Source: Eledone cirrhosa (taxonomy: Eukaryota). From it: a stretch of 64,000 nucleotides of DNA. Both the position numbers and the translations under genes were made by a program. The stretch spans positions 283,340,001 through 283,404,000 of the forward strand of contig OZ024743.1 of NCBI GenBank assembly GCA_964016885.1, in the 5' to 3' direction. Numbering within the stretch: the first letter of the stretch is position 1; every line of letters starts with the position of its first letter. This document shows, piece by piece, positions 51,901 through 64,000 of the stretch. The notes beneath the pieces are model-generated. The model saw nothing but the letters and a program-made list of their open reading frames with translations, searched no databases and was not told the origin of the DNA.

Positions 51901-54113
51901 CAACACCACCAACACCACCAACACCACCAGCACCACCAACACCACCAGCACCACCAACACCACCAGCACCACCAACACCACCAGCACCACCAACACCACC
52001 AACACCACCAGCACCACCAACACCACCAGCACCACCAACACCACCAGCACCACCAACACCACCAGCACCACCAACACCACCAACACCACCAGCACCACCA
52101 ACACCACCAGCACCAGCACCACCACCAGCACCACCAACACCACCAACACCATCAACACCACCAACACCACCAGCACCAGCACCACCAACACCACCAGCAC
52201 CATCAACACCACCAGCACCACCAACACCACCAACACCATCAACACCACCAACACCACCAGCACCAGCACCACCAACACCACCAGCACCACCAACACCACC
52301 AGCACCACCAACACCACCAGCACCACCAACACCACCAACACCATCAACACCACCAACACCACCAGCACCAGCACCACCAACACCACCAGCACCACCAACA
52401 CCACCAACACCACCAGCACCATCAGCACCACCAACACCACCAACACCACCAGCACCAGCACCACCAACACCACCAACACCACCAACACCACCAACACCAC
52501 CAGCACCACCAAAACCACCAACACCACCAGCACCACCAACACCACCAACACCACCACCACCAGCACCACCAACACCACCAGCACCACCAACACCACCAAC
52601 ACCACCAGCACCATCAGCACCACCAACACCACCAACACCACCAACACCACCAACACCACCAGCACCACCAGCACCACCAACACCACCAACACCACCAGCA
52701 CCATCAGCAACACCAACACCACCAAAACCACCAACACCACCAGCACCACCAACACCACCAACACCACCAGCACCATCAGCACCACCAACACCACCAACAC
52801 CACCAACACCACCAACACCACCAGCACCAGCACCACCAGCACCACCAACACCACCAACACCACCAACACCACCAACACCACCAACACCACCAGCACCACC
52901 AGCACCACCAACACCACCAACACCACCAGCACCACCAGCACCACCAACACCAACAGCCCCACCAACACCACCAGCACCACCAACACCACCAACACCAACA
53001 GCCCCACCATCACCACCAACACCACCAACACCACCAACACCAACAGCCCCACCAACACCACCAACACCATCAACACCACCAGCACCACCAGCACCACCAA
53101 CACCAACAGCCCCACCAACACCACCAGCACCACCAGCACCACCAACACCAACAGCTCCACCAACACCACCAGCTCCACCAACACCACCAACACCAACAGC
53201 CCCACCATCACCACCAACACCACCAACACCACCAACACCAACAGCCCCACCAACACCACCAACACCATCAACACCACCAGCCCCACCAACACCACCAGCA
53301 CCACCAGCACCACCAACACCAACAGCCCCACCAACACCACCAGCACCACCAACACCACCAACACCAACAGCCCCACCAACACCACCAGCACCACCAGCAC
53401 CACCAGCACCACCAGCACCACCAACACCAACAGCCCCACCAACACCACCAACACCACCAACACCACCAGCACCACCAACACCACCAGCACCACCAGCACC
53501 ACCAACACCACCAACACCACCAACACCAACAGCCCCACCAACACCACCAGCACCACCAGCACCACCAACACCACCAACACCAACAGCCCCACCAACACCA
53601 CCAGCACCACCAGCACCACCAGCACCACCAGCACCACCAACACCAACAACCCCACCAACACCACCAGCACCACCAACACCACCAACACCACCAACACCAA
53701 CAGCCCCACCAACACCACCAACACCACCAGCACCACCAACACCACCAACACCACCAACACCACCAACACCACCAACACCACCAACACCAACAGCCCTACC
53801 AACACCACCAGCTCTACCAACACCACCAACACCACCAACACCACCAGCTCCACCAACACCACCAGCACCACCAGCACCACCAACACCAACAGCCCCACCA
53901 ACACCACCAGCTCCACCAACACCACCAACACCACCAGCTCCACCAACACCACCAGCACCACCAGCGCCACCAACACCAACAGCCCCACCAACACCACCAG
54001 CTCCACCAACACCACCAACACCACCAGCACCACCAACACCATCAACACCACCAGCACCACCAGCACCACCAACACCAACAGCCCCACCAACACCACCAGC
54101 TCCACCAACACCA
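45924..54113. repeat. ~8.2 kb array of 9-bp units (A/G)CACCACCA with higher-order duplications
   Basis: Direct reading; variants tca, cta, gta, aaa, gcc and gct; ~380 bp and ~590 bp internal duplications. Confidence 0.97.
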
Positions 54114-54697
54114 CCTACTCTACTATCAACATCAAGACCACTTACACCAACAACATCACTACCACTGTTTTCATTCACTTCTAATGTCACTACCACTACC
54201 ATCCCCACAACCCCTCACCACCCTCACTATCCACTACCACCATCACCACTATCTACCACCACCACCATCACTATCCACCCCTACCACCACCACCACCACA
54301 TCTATCTACTGCCACTATCCACCACCACCACCATCATCTACCACCACCAACAACAACAACCTACTCAGTCTTCTATACCCCCACTCACTTCCCCTATCAC
54401 CACCACCATCACCACCAACACCTACATCATTAACAATACCACCACCAACAGCAATAACAACACAGTCACTTCTAGGCTCCTACCTGCAAAACTACCATTA
54501 CTACTATAGTAAATGATACCACTACAACCACCATCACCACCACTATCATTACAACTACCACTGCAACCACTGCCACAACTGCAACCACTACCAAAATACC
54601 ACCAACACAACCACCAACACCATACATAACCACCAACCACAAAACAACAACAACCAACATAACCACCAAAACCAGCACCAACACCACCACCACCACC

Positions 54698-54755
<58 letters not shown>

Positions 54756-55049
54756 CCCTACTCATCTGTTATCTAAACACCTACTCAACCTCCCCACCAC
54801 CACAATCACCCTCCACCATCCACTACCACAATTACAATACCAACAACAAAAACATCCACCATCAGCCATCACCACCACCACTACCTACAACAACAACTAA
54901 TTCAGTTTTCTAACCTCCCACACACCACTACTACTACTAACAACAGCCTACTCCCCTGCTATCCACCCACCCACTCAGCATTTCCGACCACCTCTAACCC
55001 CACCACCACTATCATCACCATCATCACCAACACCAACACTACCATCATG

Positions 55050-55750
55050 AGCACCACCATCACCACTACCACCACTATCATCACCACCATCACCACCACC
55101 AACACTATCACTACCACTACCGCCATCACCACCACCATAATCCTCATCACCACCTGCACCACCACAACCATCATCACCGCCACCATCACAACCTCCACCA
55201 TCACCACCACCAACACTATCACTACCACCACCACCATCACCATCACCACCATCATCAGCATCATTACCACCTACACCATCACTACTACCATCACGACCTC
55301 CACCATCACCACCACCAACACTATCACTACCACCACCACCATCACCATCACCACCATCATCATCATCATTACCACCTACACCATCACTACTACCATCACA
55401 ACCTCCACCATCACCACCACCAACACTATCACTACCACCACCACCATCACCATCACCACCATCATCAGCATCATTACCACCTACACCATCACTACTACCA
55501 TCACGACCTCCACCATCACCACCACCAACACTATCACTACCACCACCACCATCACCATCACCACCATCATCATCATCATTACCACCTACACCATCACTAC
55601 TACCATCACGACCTCCACCATCACCACCACCAACACTATCACTACCACTACCGCCATCACCACCACCATAATCCTCATCACCACCATCATCACTACTACC
55701 ATCACGACCTCCACCATCACCACCACCAACACTATCACTACCACCACCTT
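55050..55750. repeat. 105-bp tandem repeat built from ACC/ATC triplets, with alternating variants
   Basis: tcattaccacctacaccatc at 55261, 55366, 55471 and 55576. Confidence 0.9.
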
Positions 55751-56229
55751 CCACCATCTCCATGATTACTAACAGCAACCTACTCAGTTATCTCTCCTCC
55801 CACTCACTCAAACTCCCATCATCACCAACACCATCATTACCACTACCATCATCACCACCATCACCACAACCATCCACTTCTCACCACCACCATCACTACC
55901 ACTAACGCCATCATCAACACCATCATCATCACCAACACCATCATTACCACTACCATCATCACCACAACCATCCACTTCTCACCACCACCATCACTACCAC
56001 CACCATCACCACCATCACCACAACCATCCACTTCTCACCACCACCATCACTACCACTAACGCCATCATCAACACCATCATCATCACCAACACCATCATTA
56101 CCACTACCATCATCACCACAACCATCCACTTCTCACCACCACCATCACTACCACCACCATCACCACCTTCACCACAACCATCCACACTCACCACCATCAT
56201 ACTACATCACCATCACCACAATCTACCAT

Positions 56230-58915
56230 CATCTCCACCACCACCACCACCAACAACAACACCATCACCAACACCAACACCACCACCACCACCAACAGGA
56301 ACAACACCATCACCACCACCACCACCACAACCACCAACAGCAACAACACCACTACCAACAACAACACCATCACCAACACCAACACCACCACCAACAGGAA
56401 CAACACCATCACCACCACCACCACCACCACCACCACCACCACCAACAGCAACACCACCACTACCAACAACAACACCATCACCACCACCACCAACAGCAAC
56501 AATACCACCACCACCACTACCACCAACAGCAACAATACCAACACCACCACCACCACCACCACCAACAGCAACAATACCATCACCACCACTACCAACAGCA
56601 ACAATACCATCACCATCACCACCACCACCACCAACAGCAACAATACCATCACCACCACTACCAACAGCAACAATACCATCACCAACACCATCACCACCAC
56701 CACCAACAGCAACAATACCACCACCACCACTACCACCAACAGCAACAATACCATCACCACCACCACCACCACCACCAACAGCAACAATACCATCACCACC
56801 ACTACCAACAGCAACAATACCATCACCATCACCACCACCACCACCAACAGCAACAATACCATCACCACCACTACCAACAGCAACAATACCATCACCAACA
56901 CCACCACCACCACTACCAACAGCAACAATACCATCACCACCACCACCACTACCAACAGCAACAATACCATCACCACCACTACCAACAGCAACAATACCAT
57001 CACCAACACCACCACCACCACTACCAACAGCAACAATACCATCACCACCACTACCAACAGCAACAATACCATCACCATCACCACCACCACCACCAACAGC
57101 AACAATACCATCACCACCACTACCAACAGCAACAATACCATCACCATCACCACCACCACCACCAACAGCAACAATACCATCACCACCACTACCAACAGCA
57201 ACAATACCATCACCATCACCACCACCACCACCAACAGCAACAATACCATCACCACCACCACCAACAGCAACAATACCACCACCACCACCACCACCACCAC
57301 CAACAGCAACAATACCATCACCAACACCACCACCACCACCACCAACAGCAACAATACCATCACCACCGCCACCACCACCAACAGCAACAACACCATCACC
57401 ACCACCACCACCACCACCACCAACAGCAACAACACCATCACCAACACCACCACCACCAACAACACCAACAGCAACAATACCAACACCACCAACACCACCA
57501 CCACCAACAGCAACAATACCATCACCAACACCACCACCACCAACAGCAACAACACCATCACCAACAGCAACAATACCATCACCACCACCACCAACAGCAA
57601 CAATACCATCACCACCACCACCAACAGCAACAATACCATCACCACCACCACCAACAGCAACAATACCATCACCAACACCACCACCACCACCACCAACAGC
57701 AACAATACCATCACCACCACCACCACCACCACCAACAGCAACAATACCATCACCACCACCACCACCACCACCACCGACAGCAACAATACCATCACCAACA
57801 CCACCACCACCACCACCAACAGCAACAATACCATCACCAACACCACCACCACCACCACCAACAGCAACAATACCATCACCATCACCACCACCAACAGCAA
57901 CAATACCATCACCAACACCACCACCACCACCACCAACAGCAACAATACCATCACCAACACCACCACCACCACCACCAACAGCAACAATACCATCACCACC
58001 ACCACCACCAACAGCAACAATACCATCACCACCACCACCACCACCACCAACAGCAACAATACCATCACCACCACCACCACCACCACCAACAGCAACAATA
58101 CCATCACCACCACCACCACCACCACCACCAACAGCAACAATACCATCACCACCACCACCACCACCACCAACAGCAACAACACCAACAACACCACCACCAC
58201 CACCAACAGCAACAATACCATCACCACCACCACCACCACCACCAACAGCAACAACACCAACAACACCACCACCACCACCAACAGCAACAATACCATCACC
58301 ACCACCACCACCACCAACAGCAACAATACCATCACCATCACCACCACCAACAGCAACAATACCATCACCACCACCACCACCACCACCAACAGCAACAATA
58401 CCATCACCAACACCACCACCACCACCACCACCAACAGCAACAATACCATCACCACCACCACCACCACCACCAACAGCAACAACACCATCACCACCACCAC
58501 CACCACCAACACCAACACCACCACCACCACCACCACCACCAACAGCAACAATACCATCACCAACACCACCACCACCACCAACAGCAACAACACCATCACC
58601 ACCACCACCACCACCACCAACAGCAACAACACCATCACCACCACCACCACCACCACCAACAGCAACAATACCATCACCAACACCACCACCACCACCACCA
58701 CCATCACCACCACTACCAACAGCAACAATACCATCACCATCACCACCACCAACAGCAACAATACCATCACCAACACCACCACCACCACCACCACCAACAG
58801 CAACAATACCATCACCACCACCACCACCACCAACAGCAACAATACCATCACCAACACCACCACCATCACCACCACCAACAGCAACAATACCATCACCACC
58901 ACCACCACCAACAAC
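56230..58915. repeat. VNTR (CCA)n-ACAGCAACAATACCATCA with a variable CCA run
   Basis: Direct reading. Confidence 0.95.
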
Positions 58916-59476
58916 AACACCAACAGCAACAACATCACCAACACCACCAACAACACCACCAACAACAACACCATCACCAACACCACCAACAGCAACAACA
59001 TCACCAACACCACCAACAACAACAACACCATCACCAACACCACCAACAGCAACAACATCACCAACACCACCAACAACAACAACACCATCACCAACACCAC
59101 CAACAGCAACAACATCACCAACACCACCAACAACACCACCAACAACAACACCATCACCAACACCACCAACAGCAACAACATCACCAACACCACCAACAAC
59201 AACAACACCATCACCAACACCACCAACAGCAACAACATCACCAACACCACCAACAACAACAACACCATCACCAACACCACCAACAGCAACACCATCACCA
59301 ACACCACCAACAGCAACAACATCACCAACACCACCAACAACAACAACACCATCACCAACACCACCAACAGCAACAACATCACCAACACCACCAACAACAA
59401 CAACACCATCACCAACACCACCAACAGCAACAACATCACCAACACCACCAACAACAGCAACACCATCACCAACAAC
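58916..59476. repeat. 57/66-bp units forming a 180-bp higher-order repeat
   Basis: 58921-59100 recurs at 59101-59280. Confidence 0.92.
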
Positions 59477-60375
59477 TACTTCCACAGAATTCTATCCTGC
59501 CACCAACATCACCTCCCACCATCTCAGAACAAGAGACAAACCCTTTCAATGGTGCTATTTGTTCCGTTTTTGTTGTTTTTTTATTTGGAGGCGGAGGCGG
59601 GGGGGGGGGGGGGGGGGATTTGTTTTGTTTTTTGTTTTTATTTTATTTCTTGTTTATACTGTTATTGTTGTTTAATAATTTTACTTTTATTTTCTATTTA
59701 TGTATTTTTATAACTTGATATATTTTAACCTTCATATCTCTACAAAATTGCACATGCACACACACACACATGTACATATAATCACACACACATGCACACA
59801 CACACACACATGTACATATAATCACACACACATGCACACACACACACATGTACATATAATCACACACACATGCACACACACACACATGTACATATAATCA
59901 CACACACATGCTCACACATATTCTTACACACACATGCACACATAATCATACACACACACACATGCACACATAATCATACACATGCACATACATGCGCATA
60001 CTGATATACACAAGCACATGAACATATTCATTCATACATTCACACTTATATACATACGCACATACTCATACACACACGCACACAATCACAATCATTTACA
60101 CAGGCACATATACTCAAAAACATGTACAAATATAAACATGTGTGCACACACACACAGGCACACAAATGCATATACACTTACATGCACACATATTTATACA
60201 GACATTCACACACATGCTCATACACACAAACACATGTGCACATGTACACACACATATTGCTACATTCAACAGCATATATAAAAGGTCTCTGTATACCCAA
60301 TCATGTACACATATTCACTTCATCATATACCCACACCACATGTACCCATATATCACCATATACCCACATATCACT

Positions 60376-60883
60376 ATATGTATGTATGTATGCATGTATG
60401 TATATATGCATGTATGTATGTATGTATGTATGTATGCATGTATGTATGTATGTATGCATGTATGCATGTATGCATGTATGTATGTATGTATGTATGTAGT
60501 ATGTATGTATGCATGTATGTATGTATGTATGTAGTATGTATGTATGTATGTATGTATGTATGTATGTATGTATGTAGTATGTATGTATGTATGTATGTAT
60601 GTATGTATGTTTGTATGTAGTATGTATGCATGTATGCATGTATGCATGTATGCATGTATGTATGTATGTATGTATGTATGTAGTATGTATGTATGTATGC
60701 ATGTATGTATGTATGTATGTAGTATGTATGTATGTATGTATGTATGTATGTATGTATGTATGTATGTATGTAGTATGTATGTATGTATGTATGTATGTAT
60801 GTTTGTATGTAGTATGTATGCATGTATGCATGTATGCATGTATGCATGTATGTATGTATGTATGTATGCATGTATGTATGTAT
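60376..60883. repeat. (TATG)n compound microsatellite
   Basis: Direct reading. Confidence 0.95.
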
Positions 60884-60889
60884 GCCTGT

Positions 60890-61320
60890 TATGTTATGTC
60901 GGGTCACTCTCGAGTGCTACTGGTAACATGTAACCCAGTACAACCTGTCTCATGGTCAGGTCATTAGCGACTAAACCAGCAACCCCACCAAGCTTGCTTG
61001 GTGAGGAGGGTGATATTTGGACACCCTGTGTGATGAAATACAAGACCTGGCGGAGGAACTCAACAGAGTCAACGGCCATCCAAATAGTATTTTTTTTTTC
61101 AACTGGGAGTGAAAGGCCCCCAGTTGTTGTCACCACACCTTTCTAGGAGGGGGAAACTCTGAAAAAAAAACCTGCAGCTTCGGAAGCATTGAATGATGTT
61201 GACAAGTTCTCCTTTTTGGGTAGTGTTTTTGATGCTCAGAGAGTGGGATTGGTTGAGTGCAAGGCCTTTCCCCACCTTCAAAGCACAAGCATTGCTTGTT
61301 CAGGATCTGTTACAGGTTCA
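60890..61320 (+). mobile_element. Possible 5' UTR of an RTE-type LINE, structure-rich
   Basis: ctaggagggggaaactctga..aaacc resembles a motif I recall from RTE 5' regions; several hairpins; no downstream ORF. Confidence 0.35.
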
Positions 61321-61706
61321 TGTGGCTGGCCATTGCCTAAAAGTGCACCACATTCTATAATCTGACGATTGCAATACTTTTAGCAGAGTTTGCAGCCACC
61401 ATGTACGCATGTATGTATGTATGTATGTGTATGTATACACATATATAATACACACACACATATATATGTATATGAGAGAAAATAGAAGTACCCATTTTAT
61501 GTAGTCTAATTCACGTTTATGTAAAATGGATATGCATAACAAAAAGGAAAGAGACAACTTACCAGTTAGTTGTACTCAACGTAGTCGATATCTTAATGAT
61601 ACAAAATGCGTCACTGAGTATAGTACATAGGCTCCAAGGAGTATTCCATGGAGTAATATATTATGAACAGGATATTAGGAAAAGCTAGGTAACATTTGTT
61701 GAAGTT

Positions 61707-61992
61707 CAAAGAAACATTTATTATACAATAAAGTCTCTAACACGTGTTTCAATACAATTATACAATCACCTACAGAAGCTGAATTATTATTTAATCCACT
61801 AAATTGCCCTGCATAGTTGAATACTGCATATCATCTCTCTGATGATATGCAGTACACCAGAGAGAGGATATGCAGAATTGAACTCTGTTGTGCAACATAG
61901 TGGATTAAGTAATAATTCAGCTTTCGTAGGTGATTGCATAATTGTATTGAAACACATGTTAAAGATCCTGTTGTACAATAAATGTTTCTTTG
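61707..61992. repeat. ~286-bp diverged palindrome containing an HHR
   Basis: caaagaaacatttatt...tgcatatc.tctct faces agaga.gatatgca...aataaatgtttctttg; small internal hairpin at 61822-61854. Confidence 0.9.
61834..61965 (+). ncRNA. Hammerhead motif with a long stem-II loop
   Basis: TCTCT-CTGATGA-T ATGCAGT...ATTGTAT T-GAA-ACACATGT-T-AAAGA. The other arm keeps the perfect ACACGTGT-T-AGAGA. Confidence 0.65.
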
Positions 61993-62807
61993 CCTAGTTT
62001 TTCCTGATATCTTGTTCATATTATATATATGTGTGAGTGTGTGTGTATATCATTATCATGATTTAACATTAATTTTTCTTGCTAGCAAGCATTAGATGGG
62101 TTGTCACTGATCAAGTCAGTCTTCTTACATATATTGATGACCAAGTGTTTTGCATCTTATTTACATATATTCCCACATGCTCTATATCATCATCATCATC
62201 ATCATCGTTTAACATCCATCTTCCAGCATGGGTTAGACAGTTTTGTCCCACTTTATGTGTGTGTATATCAATTTGAAAAGATTAAAAAGCCCAAACAATG
62301 CTTTACTGCAATAAAATGCTCCCAGCCCACATTGTAAAGTGGTAGTGCTGGAGCCACAATAAAAAGCACCCAGCTTTCATCTTGTAAGGTGGTAGTACTA
62401 ATGTCCCAATAAAAAAAAAGTACCCTGTCCACCCTGTTTGGTTAATTACATACCATCACCAACACCACCAACAGCAGCAACTATTTATATAATTAATATG
62501 ATTTATAAGAGGGATGAAATTAATCAGAGATAATATAATAGTATATTAAATATCAAATGATACATATTATATATAAATATAGTAAAATAAAAGATATATA
62601 ATATATATTTATACATAGTATATATTATATTATTTATTATGTATAAATTAACGATTTTATTTATTATATACTATTTACAATTTGCGTGTAGGTAGGTCTC
62701 TCTGGAAATAATGTTGAGGGGAGCTGAGGGTATTTATGTGGCCATGGGGGCGGGGGAGTTTTGAGAACTTCTGGTCTATAACAATGAATGCTGGTCTTTT
62801 CTTTTAA

Positions 62808-63014
62808 CCCTTTAGCATTTACATTACTCTATATTTACTATTATATTTTCATGGTAAAGGCTTTAAAAGAAATAAAACTGAATCTATGAGATTTTGATAT
62901 TATTTATTTTGAGAACAATACTTAACACAAGTATGAGTGGCTGGTTACAGCTGGTTTGAACAGAAAAAGGCGAGAGAATTCTGGCCGGATACAGCCAGTT
63001 TTAATGCTAAAGGG
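62808..63014. mobile_element. TTAA MITE family A
   Basis: TTAA|CCCTTTAGCATT...AATGCTAAAGGG|TTAA. Confidence 0.88.
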
Positions 63015-63898
63015 TTAAATCTTTTTTAGGTAAGCCAAGACATTTATGGTATTGCTACAGCTGCAAGAATACCAAAACACCTCAACAGACATTATATTTG
63101 GTGAAACGTAATGTTTTTGTTGGTAATTCCAGATTTGTAATAGGTCAATCACTGGTTCATTGCATTTCTGACAGCAAGAATGATAGCAACTCGTGCAGAA
63201 CAGATACCACACATGCTACTTTTTATTCAAAAGTATCATAAAATTAGGGTTTTCTCTCAAATGTTTATATCTTTGCCTATATGCATCAGTGAAAAATATA
63301 TATATATATATATACAAGTGTCTTTAGCAGAGAGCACTCTGTTGCAAGTATTTAGGCTAGGTCATTGATCTGAAGATAACTGCCTTCCTTACCTCTCTCC
63401 TTCCCTTCCTTCTTCCTCTCCCTTTGCTTACCTCCCTTTTCCTTTCCTTCTTCCTCCCTTTCTTCCCTCAGTCATGGAGGTCCTGAAAAATGTCATGGAG
63501 GCTGCCTTTCCTTTTTTAATTCAGTATATATATGGAAAAGCAAATGTAAAATGATGTAATGTGTGTATGAGTGTGACCGTAATTGTGTGTGTGTAAGTCT
63601 GTGTGAGAATAATTGTGTGTGTGTGTGTAAGTCTGTGTGAGAATAATTACATATGTGTATTATGGTAATCTTAATGCTTTTTAGCTAATGCTGTGAGACT
63701 TTGAACAATTGCCTGTTATCATGTGAACAGAAAAAGGGAGATTGGTATAACCTTGATTCAAACACTATTGGGTCCTTTCAGAAGTCCTGTACCCTTCCTT
63801 CTTATCACACACACACACACACACATCAGTATGTGATTGATGGCTGAGAGAAAAGATTACTCAATTCTGAAGTGGAGTTTAAATATTCATTTTATTAA

Positions 63899-64000
63899 GG
63901 CTAAATAGTGAGTCTTGTTACTCTGGAGTGTTGCCTGTTCATTACAGGGTCATCAGATAAACAGGCAAAACTCCGGAGTAACAAGACTCACTATTTAGCC
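63899..64000. repeat. Palindrome with a degenerate HHR; may extend past the window end
   Basis: ggctaaatagtgagtcttgttactc...gagtaacaagactcactatttagcc. Minus strand reads CTGATGA(63956-63950)-C CCTGT AATGA ACAGG C-[G]AA-ACTCCGGAGT-A by consensus of the two arms. Confidence 0.85.

Noticed and set aside
46138-54114. 2658-aa Val/Leu ORF on the minus strand
   Set aside because: An alternative frame of the 9-bp array; a poly-VVL product is implausible.
45905-54208. Calling the 2767-aa Gly-rich ORF a CDS
   Set aside because: No domain, signal peptide, splice or codon-usage support; kept only as a finding.
56230-58915. CRISPR-like repeat/spacer pattern
   Set aside because: The 'spacers' are only (CCA)n runs, the context is eukaryotic and there are no cas genes.

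Overview
This is AT-rich eukaryotic DNA made almost entirely of repeats, and I can support no intact host protein-coding exon. The repeat vocabulary (RTE LINEs with (GAT)n tails, tRNA-derived SINEs, dense compound microsatellites) looks like a coleoid cephalopod, probably octopus; that assignment is inference. Retroelements: several 5'-truncated RTE LINEs whose RT carries an internal Cys/His (PHD-like) finger, a truncated CR1-clade LINE (41.1-43.9 kb), at least three SINE families, and Penelope-like element (PLE) remnants with GIY-YIG fragments. DNA elements: an internally deleted Helitron (24.35-28.35 kb), a short non-autonomous Helitron, Tc1/mariner and hAT remnants, and TTAA-type MITEs, some nested. 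Two things stand out. (1) About eight sequence-unrelated type-I hammerhead ribozyme (HHR)-like motifs occur. Five sit in 100-290 bp DNA palindromes whose axis falls at or next to the ribozyme core, and several have a non-canonical mismatch at the base of stem II. (2) A ~13.7 kb C/A-rich complex tandem domain (45.8-59.5 kb) with higher-order repeats gives very long open frames (Pro/Thr/Ala on +, Gly/Val/Ala on -) that are probably, but not provably, non-coding. All coordinates, pairings and translations were read by eye and may be off by a few bases.
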